Shown: piece after piece, positions 41,635 to 51,197 of the stretch
Position numbering within the stretch: position 1 is the first letter of the stretch
Layout: the number at the start of each line of letters is the position of its first letter
Assembly (NCBI GenBank): GCA_964291625.2
Contig: OZ220089.1
Span: 1,984,001-2,048,000 of the forward strand
Reading direction: 5' to 3'
Length of the DNA: 64,000 bases
DNA from: Candidatus Latescibacterota bacterium
GTDB taxonomy: Bacteria; Latescibacterota; UBA2968; UBA8231
Program-made: the position numbers and the translations under genes
Notes under the pieces: model-generated
Databases searched by the model: none
Told to the model about the DNA's origin: nothing
The model's input: the letters and a program-made list of their open reading frames with translations, nothing else

Positions 41635-42798
41635 CTAGCGGCCGGAATACATCCGTCCGGGGTTGAACAGGCCCCGCGGATCGAGAGTGCTCTTGAGGAT
41701 CCCGTTCATGCGGGCGACACCGGGGCTCAGGGGGGTGAAGGCCCGGGGGTTGGCGTCGCCGGGACCGGTGGCCAGGCGGCAGCCGGCGCCCTCCAGCCGA
41801 GCCACGGCCTCGTGCACGCCGGCGGCGTCGGCATCGGCCGGCAGGACCGCCCACAACAGCCCCCCGCCCCAGTCGAGGCCGCTGCGCCGCAGACCGAAGG
41901 CGGCCATCGCCGAGACCGCCGCCGGAGCCCTCGAGGGCGGCACCGCGATGCGCCACAGGGCCTCGCCCGGAGCCGCCCGGTAGGGCTCCGCCTCCCGCAG
42001 ACCCGACCACAGCCGCGCCGATTCGTCCGCCGCCAGGATCTCCACCGGCCCCGGCGCCTCCGGGGCCAGCTGCGCCACCTGCTGCGCCACCCCCCGCTCC
42101 GAGCCCTCGACGCGGGCGAGCAAGCGGCCCTCGGCGTCGATGGCGAGGCCGCTGATCTCCTCGGGGCGGCGCGACCATTCGAGCAGCCCCGCGGCGGCCT
42201 CGGCCGGGGCCAGCCCACCCACCCGCAAGGTGCGCTCCTCGGTCGGCCGCGGCCAGAGCTTCAGGCACACCTCGGTGAGGATCCCCAGGGTGCCGAAAGC
42301 CCCCACCGTAGCGCGCCACAGGTCGTAGCCCGTCACGTTCTTCACCACCCGGCCGCCGGCCCTCAGCCGCCGGCCGCGGCCGTCCACGAGCTCCACGCCG
42401 AGGACGAAGTCCCGCACCGAGCCCGCCCGGAACCGGCGCGGACCCGCCCAGCCGCAGCTGAGGGTGCCGCCCACGGTGGCCGCCTCGCCCCAGTGCGGCG
42501 GCTCGAAGGCCAGATGCTGGCCGCACCCGGCGAGCAACTCCTCCACCTGCAGCAGCCGCGTGCCCGGCCGCACCACCAGGATCAGCTCCTCCGGCTCGTA
42601 GGTGACCACGCCCGTCAGCCGCGAGAGATCCACCCGCGTGGCCTCTTCGGTCAGGGCCCGGCCGAGGCCGGCCTTCGTGCCTCCGGCGCGCAGCTCGAGC
42701 CGGCGGCCGGAGCCCGCCGCGTCGCGAACCAGCTCCTCCACCTCGGCGGCGTCGGAGGGTGTCGGGACCCGTTCGGGCGATGGGGCGGGGGCAGCCAC
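41635..42798 (-). CDS. glcE: Glycolate oxidase FAD-binding subunit GlcE-like
   Basis: YEPEEL, LAFEPP, GPRRFRAGSVRD, GGRVVKNVTGYDL, DWGGG, DPRGLFNPG. Confidence 0.88.
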   Translation of the reverse strand: MAAPAPSPERVPTPSDAAEVEELVRDAAGSGRRLELRAGGTKAGLGRALTEEATRVDLSRLTGVVTYEPEELILVVRPGTRLLQVEELLAGCGQHLAFEPPHWGEAATVGGTLSCGWAGPRRFRAGSVRDFVLGVELVDGRGRRLRAGGRVVKNVTGYDLWRATVGAFGTLGILTEVCLKLWPRPTEERTLRVGGLAPAEAAAGLLEWSRRPEEISGLAIDAEGRLLARVEGSERGVAQQVAQLAPEAPGPVEILAADESARLWSGLREAEPYRAAPGEALWRIAVPPSRAPAAVSAMAAFGLRRSGLDWGGGLLWAVLPADADAAGVHEAVARLEGAGCRLATGPGDANPRAFTPLSPGVARMNGILKSTLDPRGLFNPGRMYSGR

Positions 42799-42828
42799 GG
42801 GCTGGGAACCAGCGGAACCCGCGGTCCC

Positions 42829-44310
42829 TCAGAAGCGCTCGAGCTCGGGAAAGGGCAGGCGCCCCCCCGGCACGTGCATGCGGCCTTCGGCGCAGGTGCG
42901 CAGGCTCGGGTAGACCTTGCCCGGGTTGAGCACGCTCGCCGGGTCGAAGGCGCCCTTCAGCTCCTCCTGCAGGTCGAGGTCGTCGTCGGAGAGCTGGCAG
43001 GGCATGAGATCGCGCTTCTCCACCCCGATGCCGTGCTCGCCGGAGAGCACCCCGCCCACCTCGACGCACAGCTTCAGGATCTCGCCGCCGAGCTCCTCGG
43101 CCGGCTCCAGCTCGCCGGCGCTGCTGTCGTAGAGGACCAGCGGATGCAGGTTGCCGTCGCCGGCGTGGAAGACGTTGGCCACGCGCAGACCGTAGGCCTC
43201 CGACAGGGCTGCGATCCGTTCGAGCACCTCGGGCAGCCGGCCGCGGGGGATGGTGCCGTCCATGCAGTAGTAGTCGGGGCTGATGCGGCCCATGGCCGGG
43301 AAGGCGGCCTTGCGGCCGGCCCACAGCCGCTGCCGCTCCTCGGGAGAGTCGGCGCGGGAGACCCGGGTGGCGCCGGCGGCGCTCACGGTCCGCTCCACGG
43401 CGTCGATCTGCTCCTCCACCTCGGCGGCGGGGCCGTCCACCTCCACCAGCAGCAGGGACTCCACGCCGAGGGGGTAGCCGCACCCGAGGAACTCCTCCAC
43501 CGCCTCGATGGAGAGGCGGTCCATGATCTCCATGCCGGCGGGGACGAGGCCGGACCCGATGATGGCGGCCACGGCGCCGGCGGCGGCGGAGACCGAGTCG
43601 AAGACGGCCATCAGGGCCCGCGCCGACTCCGGCTTCGGCAGGATGCGCAGGGTCGCCCGGGTGATCACGCCGAGGAGCCCCTCGGAGCCGGTCAGGAGGG
43701 CGAGCACGTCGTAACCGGAACGCTCCATGGCGGCCGAGCCGATGTCGACGATCTCGCCGTCGGAGAGCACCACTTGCAGGCCGAGAAGGTTGTTCGTCGT
43801 CGTGCCGTACTTCAGACAGTGCACGCCGCCGGCGTTCTCGGCGACGTTGCCGCCGATGGTGCAGGCGATCTGGCTCGACGGGTCGGGGGCGTAGTAGAAG
43901 CCGTGGGGCGCCACCGCGTGGGTGACGGAGAGATTGGGCACCCCCGGCTCGACGGTGACGGTGCGATCCTCCACGTCGATGTCGAGGATGCGGTTCATTC
44001 TCGCCGTGCTCAGGACGACACCGTCGCCGAGGGGCAGGGCGCCGCCCGAGAGACCGGTGCCGGCGCCCCAGGGGACGACGGGGATGTCGAGTTCCGTGCA
44101 GGCGCGCAAGAGGCCGGAGACCTGCCCGGCCGAGGTCGGCAGGGCCACCGCCAACGGCGCCTGTCGGTAGGCGGACAGGCCGTCGCACTCGTAGGCCACG
44201 AGATCCTCGGGCCGGTGGATCAGCCCTCCCTCGTCGACGAGCCGCCCCAGACGCCGGACCAACTCCGCGCGCCGGGCGAGACGCTGCGGCTGCGGCTCGG
44301 CCTGGTTCAT
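42829..44310 (-). CDS. glcD: Glycolate oxidase subunit GlcD-like
   Basis: YECDGL, GAGTGLSGG, YAPDPSSQIACTIGGNVAEN, HAGDGNLHP, GEHGIGVEK. Confidence 0.92.
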   Translation of the reverse strand: MNQAEPQPQRLARRAELVRRLGRLVDEGGLIHRPEDLVAYECDGLSAYRQAPLAVALPTSAGQVSGLLRACTELDIPVVPWGAGTGLSGGALPLGDGVVLSTARMNRILDIDVEDRTVTVEPGVPNLSVTHAVAPHGFYYAPDPSSQIACTIGGNVAENAGGVHCLKYGTTTNNLLGLQVVLSDGEIVDIGSAAMERSGYDVLALLTGSEGLLGVITRATLRILPKPESARALMAVFDSVSAAAGAVAAIIGSGLVPAGMEIMDRLSIEAVEEFLGCGYPLGVESLLLVEVDGPAAEVEEQIDAVERTVSAAGATRVSRADSPEERQRLWAGRKAAFPAMGRISPDYYCMDGTIPRGRLPEVLERIAALSEAYGLRVANVFHAGDGNLHPLVLYDSSAGELEPAEELGGEILKLCVEVGGVLSGEHGIGVEKRDLMPCQLSDDDLDLQEELKGAFDPASVLNPGKVYPSLRTCAEGRMHVPGGRLPFPELERF

Positions 44311-45341
44311 CGCGCCGCTCCTCCGTCCAGCTCCAGGCCCAGCTCGCCGGCGTAGGCGAAGAGGGCCGGCGTCCCACCGGTGTGTACGAAGAGGATGGTC
44401 TGCCCGGGCGTCCACCAGCCGGCGCGGGCGTGGGCGATGAGGCCGGCCATGGTCTTGCCCGTGTAGCAGGGGTCGAGGACCAGTCCCTCGGTGCGCGCCG
44501 TCAGCTGCAGGGCCTCGCGGCTGCCGTCGGTGACCACGCCGTACCCCGGGCCGACAAAGTCGGAGTAGCTCTCGATGTCCCGCGCCGTGACCTCGACATC
44601 GAGATCGAGGATCCGGCAGTGCTCGGCGGCGAGGCGGGCCATGCTCCGAGCCGCCTCGCCGTCATCGCGGGGACTGGGGCTGATGCCGACGAAACGCAGG
44701 GAGAGGCCGAGGGCGCGCGCCGCCACGACCATCCCGGTGTGGGTGTGGGCCCCGGAGCAGACGTACACGGCGTCGGGCTGAAGGCCGCGCTCCTCGAGCT
44801 GGGCCCACAGCTCGAGGAAACCGTCCACGTAGGCGATGCCGCGGTAGAGCCCGCCGTCGGAGCTGGTGTTGAAGGGCCTGTGCCCCTGCGCGCGCAGCCG
44901 CGCCATGGTCGCCTCCAGGGCCGCCCCCTGCTCGGACACCGGCGGCAGGTGGACCTCGGCGCCGAAGAGGTGGGACAGGAGCAGGTTGCCCTGCGCCTGG
45001 GAGTGTGCGTCGGCGCGGCCCACCTGCACCGCCTTCATGCCGAGCCGTGCCGCCACCGCCGCCGTCTGGCGCGACTGGTTCGACTGCGCCGCGGCGGCGT
45101 GGACGAGGACGTCGCAGCCGGCCTCCACCGCCTGGGCGATGGAGTACTCGAACTCGCGGACCTTGTTGCCGCCGAAGGCCAGGCCCGTCAAGTCCTCGCG
45201 CTTCATCCAGATGCGGGGTCCACCCACCGCCGCCGACAGCCGCGGCAGCTCGTCGAGGGGGGTGGGCAAGGCCGCCAGGCGCAGGCGCGGAAGCCGGTCC
45301 AGACGTTCGCGCAACTCCTCCGGCGTGTAGGTCGTCGTCAT
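44307..45341 (-). CDS. D-cysteine desulfhydrase-family PLP enzyme
   Basis: LPTPL, KREDLTG...GGNKVR, QSN, DPCYTGK, HTGG. Confidence 0.87.
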   Translation of the reverse strand: MTTTYTPEELRERLDRLPRLRLAALPTPLDELPRLSAAVGGPRIWMKREDLTGLAFGGNKVREFEYSIAQAVEAGCDVLVHAAAAQSNQSRQTAAVAARLGMKAVQVGRADAHSQAQGNLLLSHLFGAEVHLPPVSEQGAALEATMARLRAQGHRPFNTSSDGGLYRGIAYVDGFLELWAQLEERGLQPDAVYVCSGAHTHTGMVVAARALGLSLRFVGISPSPRDDGEAARSMARLAAEHCRILDLDVEVTARDIESYSDFVGPGYGVVTDGSREALQLTARTEGLVLDPCYTGKTMAGLIAHARAGWWTPGQTILFVHTGGTPALFAYAGELGLELDGGAAR

Positions 45342-45419
45342 CTCCTCGATCCTCCCGTGGCCGGGAATCTACGGTGGCGGGTGCCGCCGAAACAATCGGA
45401 CGGATACCCTGTTGCCATG

Positions 45420-45449
45420 CGTAACTACATGCTTTACCTTATGGTTACG
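45420..45449. promoter_or_regulatory. AT-rich inverted repeat in a divergent promoter region
   Basis: CGTAAC-18 nt-GTTACG in an AT-rich patch between divergent operons. Confidence 0.4.
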
Positions 45450-45581
45450 TCAAGTCAAGGCGCGCCTCCGGAGCCCGGATCGCTCCTCAGGGCACCGAGA
45501 ATCAGGCCACCCATGCCCCCCGCCGCGGCACCTCGCCGCCGTCCCTTGCCCGACCCCACCCGCCTCGGAAACAGCTGATCG

Positions 45582-47939
45582 ATGGACCTCCTCGAGCCGA
45601 TCTCGCCGGTTCTCGATCCCCACCTCCGCCGTGAACTGAACCCCGGCGAGTTGCTGCTCGCCCTGCTGGCCTCCGACCTCGATCTGGACGGCCGCTACGG
45701 GGAGAACTGGCTCGCCCTGACCGACGAACGCCTTCTCGTGGTGCACGCCAACGGCGGCTCTCCCGAGGTGCGGAGCTGGCCCCTGGAGCAGGTGCGCCGC
45801 GTCCAGACGCGCAGCCACGTGGGCAGCGGCTCTCTCATGCTGGAGATGCCCGACGGCACGCACGAGCTCGTGCGCTTCTCCCAGGGCAACTACTTCAAGT
45901 TCTCCGCCGTGCCCCAGGCCGTGGAGGCGGCCATGGCCGAGCCGGTGGAAGCCGCCGACGAGGAGCAGCCGCAGGCGGCCCCGCCGCGCCGGGTCGAGCA
46001 CTGCGAGAGCTGCGGCCGGGCCCTGCGCCCGGGCTCGAAGGTCTGTCCCCACTGCATCCGCAAGCGGGAGACCCTCTGGCGTCTGTTCTCCTACGTAAGG
46101 CCCTACAGGAAGACGGCTGCTCTCGGCCTCCTCCTGACCGCCTCCATGACCGTCGTGAGCCTGCTGCCGCCGCTGTTGAACGGATACCTCATCGACGATG
46201 TCATCACGCCGGTCCTCATCGACCGCGGGCAGTCGACGGCCGAGGGAGTTCCGGTTCCTCCTGCCGGGATGCCGCCTGCCGAGGATCCCCAGGGGCCGCC
46301 GCCCGAGATCTCCTCCACCGCCGAGCCCCGGGTTGCTCCACCCGAGAGCGTCGCGTTGCTGGCCGCGGTCGTTCTCGGCCTGCTGGGCGCTCACTTCGGT
46401 GCCATGATCCTCAACGGGGCGCGCACCTGGACCCTCGGGTGGCTGGGTCAGCGCGTCACCTACGACCTCCAGATCCAGATCTTCAACTACCTGCAGGACC
46501 TGTCCCTCTCCTTCTACTCCCGCCACAGCACGGGCCGCATCATGACCCGCGTCACCCAGGACACGGAGCGCATGCGGGGCTTCATCACCACCGGCTTCCA
46601 GGACCTGCTGGTGGCCCTGCTGACGCTCGTCGGCATCGGCGTCATCCTGCTCCTGAAGGACTGGACCCTCGCCCTGCTGGTCCTGTTGCCGACGCCGGTC
46701 ATGCTCCTGGTCACGCAGGTGTACCGGAAGCGGATCCACTGGGTCTTCCACTCGATCTGGCGCCGCGTCGCCGACTTGAACGGACAGCTGGCCGACACCA
46801 TCCCCGGGGTCAAGGTGGTGAAGGCCTTCGCCCAGGAGGAGCGCGAGATGCGCGCCTTCGGCCGGCGCAACAGCGAGCTGCTCGCCGCGCGCATGGTCTC
46901 GGTCAAGATGCAGGCCTGGTTCCAGCCCGGCATCGCCTTCATCACCGCCACGGGCGCCGTGATCCTCTGGTGGTTCGGCGGCAACCGGGTGCTCGAGGGC
47001 TCCATGTCCATAGGCGACCTGCAGATCTTCATCGGCTACATGATGAGGTTCTACGCTCCGGTGCAGCAGTTGAGCCGGCTCTCCAACGAGCTCGAGAGAG
47101 CGGCCACGTCTTCGGAGCGCGTCTTCGAGATCCTCGACACCGAACCTGAGGTGATGGACGAACCCGGCGCCCGGGATCCGGGGGTCATTGAGGGACGCGT
47201 CGAGTTCCGCGACGTCTCCTTCACCTACGACGGCGTGGGCCGCATCCTCGACCGGGTGAGCTTCGACGTCGAGCCGGGGGAGATGATCGGCCTCGTGGGC
47301 CACTCCGGCGCCGGCAAGTCGACTCTCGTCAACCTGATCTCCCGGATGTATGAAGCCACCGACGGCGAGATCCTCGTCGACGGCGAGCCCATCGTCGGTC
47401 TGCAGCAGAAGCGGCTGCGCGCCCAGATCGGCGTGGTTCTGCAGGAGCCGCTGCTGTTCCAGGGGTCGATCGCCCAGAACATCGCCTACGGCCTGCCCGA
47501 GGCCGGCCGCTCGGAGATCATCGCCGCTGCCCGGGCCGCCAACGCCCACGGTTTCATCATGCGCTTCCCCGACGGCTACGACACCGAGGTGGGCGAGCGC
47601 GGCGGCCGCCTCTCGGGCGGCGAGCGCCAGCGCATCTCCATCGCCCGGGCCCTCATCGGCAACCCCCGCATCCTGATCCTCGACGAGGCCACGAGTTCGG
47701 TCGACACCCAGACCGAGTACGAGATCCAGGAAGCTCTCGAACGGCTGATCGCCAATCGCACCACCTTCGCCATCGCCCACCGCCTGTCCACCCTCAAGAA
47801 CGCCGACCGTCTCCTCGTCCTCGACAAAGGCCGAATTGTCGAGGAGGGCTCCCACGCGGACCTGCTCGTCCGCGAGGAGGGCGTCTACCGCCGGCTCGTG
47901 GACATGCAGACCGAGCTGGCCCGAGTGAGGGCCCTGTGA
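45582..47939 (+). CDS. ABC exporter (fused TMD-NBD) with N-terminal extension and CxxC-CxxC ribbon
   Basis: CESCG...CPHC, six TM segments, GHSGAGKST, LSGGERQR, ILDEATS, IAHRLST. Confidence 0.94.
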   Translation: MDLLEPISPVLDPHLRRELNPGELLLALLASDLDLDGRYGENWLALTDERLLVVHANGGSPEVRSWPLEQVRRVQTRSHVGSGSLMLEMPDGTHELVRFSQGNYFKFSAVPQAVEAAMAEPVEAADEEQPQAAPPRRVEHCESCGRALRPGSKVCPHCIRKRETLWRLFSYVRPYRKTAALGLLLTASMTVVSLLPPLLNGYLIDDVITPVLIDRGQSTAEGVPVPPAGMPPAEDPQGPPPEISSTAEPRVAPPESVALLAAVVLGLLGAHFGAMILNGARTWTLGWLGQRVTYDLQIQIFNYLQDLSLSFYSRHSTGRIMTRVTQDTERMRGFITTGFQDLLVALLTLVGIGVILLLKDWTLALLVLLPTPVMLLVTQVYRKRIHWVFHSIWRRVADLNGQLADTIPGVKVVKAFAQEEREMRAFGRRNSELLAARMVSVKMQAWFQPGIAFITATGAVILWWFGGNRVLEGSMSIGDLQIFIGYMMRFYAPVQQLSRLSNELERAATSSERVFEILDTEPEVMDEPGARDPGVIEGRVEFRDVSFTYDGVGRILDRVSFDVEPGEMIGLVGHSGAGKSTLVNLISRMYEATDGEILVDGEPIVGLQQKRLRAQIGVVLQEPLLFQGSIAQNIAYGLPEAGRSEIIAAARAANAHGFIMRFPDGYDTEVGERGGRLSGGERQRISIARALIGNPRILILDEATSSVDTQTEYEIQEALERLIANRTTFAIAHRLSTLKNADRLLVLDKGRIVEEGSHADLLVREEGVYRRLVDMQTELARVRAL

Positions 47940-48439
47940 CCTCGGACCAGCCGGTTCCCGCAGACGATCCGGTCCTCGATCCGGCGAACCTGCGCCTGCG
48001 GCGCAACGGCCGCGCCTTGCTGACGGTGGAGACGGGAGGGAAGAGCTTCGACGACGTCTCGGTGCGCCGCGCCTTTCCCCTGGAGATGGCCGACGGCTTC
48101 ATCGGCCTCTTCGAGGCCGGCGGCGAGGAGATCGGCCTCCTCGAGACCCTCGATGGCCTCGACGCGGAGAGCCGCACCGCCCTGGAGGACCAGCTCGCCC
48201 TGACCTACTTCCTGCCCGTCATCACCTCGGTGACCGGGATCGCGGAGGACTTCGGCGTCGTCCACGCCGAGTTGGAGACGTCGAGCGGACCCCGGCGTAT
48301 CGAGATCCGCAACATCCGCTCCCACATCCGCGTCCTGTCCCGCAACCGGGCCATCATCGAGGACGCTGACGGCAACCGCTACGAACTGCGCGACTTCCAT
48401 CGCCTGCCCACCGTCACGCGCGAGGTCTTCGGCCTCTGA
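47936..48439 (+). CDS. DUF1854-family protein
   Basis: [17 protein letters not shown]...[20 protein letters not shown] coupling to the ABC gene. Confidence 0.85.
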   Translation: MTSDQPVPADDPVLDPANLRLRRNGRALLTVETGGKSFDDVSVRRAFPLEMADGFIGLFEAGGEEIGLLETLDGLDAESRTALEDQLALTYFLPVITSVTGIAEDFGVVHAELETSSGPRRIEIRNIRSHIRVLSRNRAIIEDADGNRYELRDFHRLPTVTREVFGL

Positions 48440-48965
48440 CGCCCGGACCGCCGGTCCCCAGGGCGGCTGCGTACACAGCGTAGTGACGCCCGGAGAACAG
48501 GGCGAAGAGGACGCGCTCCGGCAGGTGGTGCCCCGCCAGGTGCTCCCGCACCGCCTCGACCGCCACCGCGCACCCCTCCTCCACCGGGTACCGGTAGACT
48601 CCGCAACTGATGGCCGGAAAGGCGACGCTGGCGAGTCCGTGAGCCGCTGCCAGGGCGAGGCTGTTGCGGTAGCAGGCGGCCAGCAGCTCCGCGTCCCGGG
48701 CGGACCCGGTGTACACGGGCCCCACCGTGTGGATCACGCGCCGCGCCGGCAGCCGGTAGCCGCCGGTGATGCGGGCCTCGCCCGTCGGACAGCCTCCGAG
48801 GGTGCGGCACTCGGCGAGCAACTCCGGCCCCGCGGCCCGGTGGATGGCGCCGTCGACGCCGCCGCCGCCGAGGAGGCTCTCGTTGGCGGCGTTGACGATG
48901 GCATCCACGGCGAGGCTGGTGATGTCTCCCCGGAAGAGCTCGATCCGGTCCTTCAGGCTACGCAC
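48414..48965 (-). CDS. Macrodomain O-acetyl-ADP-ribose deacetylase (YmdB-like)
   Basis: GDIT...[40 protein letters not shown]. Confidence 0.93.
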   Translation of the reverse strand: MRSLKDRIELFRGDITSLAVDAIVNAANESLLGGGGVDGAIHRAAGPELLAECRTLGGCPTGEARITGGYRLPARRVIHTVGPVYTGSARDAELLAACYRNSLALAAAHGLASVAFPAISCGVYRYPVEEGCAVAVEAVREHLAGHHLPERVLFALFSGRHYAVYAAALGTGGPGVRGRRPRA

Positions 48966-49972
48966 AGGTAGTCCTCTGCCTCTGTCAGACCCATATCGGC
49001 CAGCTGGTTCCGGATCAGGGCCCGCGCCCCCCGGGAGGCCACCGCCGCCAGCAGGATCGGCCGTCGTTGCGAGGACCAGCACGCCATCAGCTCCCCGGCG
49101 GCCAGGACCGGCACGCCGCGCAGGGTGCCGCCGATCCTGTCGGGGGCGACGTCGATGAAGCAGACCGGTTCGTGGCCCGCCCGGATCAGGTGCTTGGAGA
49201 GCCGCCGCCCCGTGCGCCCGGCGCCCCAGATCACCAGCCCGTCCCGATCCCGCAGGGGACCGCGGGCGAGGTAGTGGGCCTTGGCGCGCAGGAAGTTCTC
49301 CACCGAGTAGCGGCTGTCGGTGCGGGTCGCGCGGCCGGGGTGGTCGCGCCAGCGCAGCAGCGGCGCCGCCACCTTGGCGAAACGCCGGCCGGCGGCGTGG
49401 TATCGCAGCCACAGATCGTAGTCCTCCGCCCAGCCGCGCTCCTCGTAGGCGCCGAGGGCCAGCAACTCCTCGCGCCGCAGCAGCGCCGACGGATGGGCGA
49501 TGGGGCTCTCGATGAAGATCTCGCGGCAGATCTCCTCGTGTCGGACCAGGGAGTTCTGCCACTCCGCGTACAGGCGGAAGCCCTCCGCCACCTCTCCGTC
49601 CGTGGAGAACACCTCCACCTGCGTGCCGACGACGCTCACGTCGCCGTCGGCCTCGGCGATCTCGAGCTGCCCTTCCAGGCGTTCCGGCCGGCACAGGTCG
49701 TCGGCGTCCATGCGCGCCACGTAGCGGCCCCGGCACTCGGCCAGTCCCCGGTTGAGGGCCGCCAGGAGGCCGGCGCGGCCGATCCGCAGGACCCGCAGGC
49801 GGGGGTCGCCGCGAGACTCGAGCAGGGCCGCCGTGCCGTCCGTCGATCCGTCGTCGACGACGACGACTTCGTGGTCCCTCTCCGTCTGCTCCTCCAGGCT
49901 GTCGAGGGCCCCTGCGAGGGTGGCGCCGCTGTTGCAGGTGGGCAGGAGGAAGGAGACGAGGGGCGTCGACAT
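48953..49972 (-). CDS. Glycosyltransferase family 2
   Basis: [31 protein letters not shown]. Confidence 0.92.
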   Translation of the reverse strand: MSTPLVSFLLPTCNSGATLAGALDSLEEQTERDHEVVVVDDGSTDGTAALLESRGDPRLRVLRIGRAGLLAALNRGLAECRGRYVARMDADDLCRPERLEGQLEIAEADGDVSVVGTQVEVFSTDGEVAEGFRLYAEWQNSLVRHEEICREIFIESPIAHPSALLRREELLALGAYEERGWAEDYDLWLRYHAAGRRFAKVAAPLLRWRDHPGRATRTDSRYSVENFLRAKAHYLARGPLRDRDGLVIWGAGRTGRRLSKHLIRAGHEPVCFIDVAPDRIGGTLRGVPVLAAGELMACWSSQRRPILLAAVASRGARALIRNQLADMGLTEAEDYLCVA

Positions 49973-50040
49973 GCCATGACCCTTGACAGTGGCGAATGGT
50001 AACCGTGCTTACCACGGCACGCTACCAACCGGGACCAGGG

Positions 50041-50802
50041 ATGATTCACCTCAAGTCAGCCGCCGAGATCGAGCGGATCCGCGCCAGCTGCCGCATCGCC
50101 GCCGAGGCCATGGCCCTCGTGGGCGGCGCCATCGCCCCGGGGGTCGCCACGGGGCGCCTCGACCGCATCGCCGACGACCACATCCGCCGGCGGGGCGGTG
50201 TCGCCAGCGCCAAGGGATACCGCGGCTACCCGAGCAGCATCTGTGTCTCCGTCAACGAGGAGGTCGTCCACGGGATCCCGGGGCGGCGCCGGCTGCGGGC
50301 CGGCGACATCCTCTCCGTGGACATCGCCGTGCGCAAGGACGGCTACCACGGCGACATGAACGTCTCTTTCGCCGTGGGCGAGGTCGACCCCGAGGCCTGC
50401 GATCTGATGGAGACGACCCGCCGGGGGATGGAAGCGGGCCTGGAGGCCAGCATCGCCGGCGCCCGCCTGGGCGACGTGGGGCACCGCATCCAGCGGCTCG
50501 TCGAGGGGCGGGGCTACTCGGTGGTCCGGGACTACTGCGGCCACGGCATCGGCCGCGCCTTCCACGAGGAGCCGCAACTGCTGCATTTCGGCGAGCCCGA
50601 CCAGGGCCGCCGCCTGGAGCCGGGCACGGTCCTCACGGTGGAGCCCATGGTCAACGCGGGAGCGCCGGAGGTCCGCGTCCTCGACGACCAGTGGACGGCA
50701 GTCACCGTCGACGGCTCCCTGTCGAGCCAGTTCGAGCACACCGTGGCGATCACCGACGACGGACCCGACGTGTTGTCCCGCTTCGACGACCTGGCCTTCT
50801 GA
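50041..50802 (+). CDS. map: Methionine aminopeptidase type I
   Basis: SICVSVNEEVVHGIP, VDI...GYHGD, YCGHGIG...HEEP, TVEPM, SQFEHT. Confidence 0.96.
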   Translation: MIHLKSAAEIERIRASCRIAAEAMALVGGAIAPGVATGRLDRIADDHIRRRGGVASAKGYRGYPSSICVSVNEEVVHGIPGRRRLRAGDILSVDIAVRKDGYHGDMNVSFAVGEVDPEACDLMETTRRGMEAGLEASIAGARLGDVGHRIQRLVEGRGYSVVRDYCGHGIGRAFHEEPQLLHFGEPDQGRRLEPGTVLTVEPMVNAGAPEVRVLDDQWTAVTVDGSLSSQFEHTVAITDDGPDVLSRFDDLAF

Positions 50803-50886
50803 GCAGCCCCCTCCGTTGCGCAGGCTGCTGGGCGCCGTACTTTTATCGACTTCCCCGCCCCCGAAAACAGACAGAAGAGACGGACG

Positions 50887-51165
50887 ATGGCCAAGAGCAC
50901 CAACAGCCGCGACGACGACTCGACGGACTTCGGATTCGACCCCGGCTCGCAGCGCGAGCTCGAGGTGGAAGACACCTGCTGCGTCTCCGGCGACGAGGTC
51001 TCCTCGAGCTTCTGCCGTTTCCCCGACTACCGCCGCGGCACCATGATGGTCATGTCGAAGGGGATCGCCCTGCAGCAGCTGCGCAAGGGCACCACCCTGG
51101 AGACCTTCAGGAAGGTCCTCGTCAAGCGTCACGGCAAGAGAGAGCTCCAGGACTACAAGAGCTGA
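50887..51165 (+). CDS. Small hypothetical protein
   Basis: 92-aa ORF with host-like codon usage filling the gap between map and tlpA. Acidic N-terminus, basic C-terminus. Confidence 0.65.
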   Translation: MAKSTNSRDDDSTDFGFDPGSQRELEVEDTCCVSGDEVSSSFCRFPDYRRGTMMVMSKGIALQQLRKGTTLETFRKVLVKRHGKRELQDYKS

Positions 51166-51197
51166 TCCCGCCCGGCGCGTCCCGGCCTCCGGGACGG

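Noticed and set aside
44307-45341. ACC deaminase call
   Set aside because: Lacks the diagnostic Glu/Leu pair (has YTGK and HTGG).
45421-45450. Possible dif (XerC/D) site
   Set aside because: TTATGGTTACG only loosely resembles the XerD arm, and no XerC arm lies at 6-bp spacing.
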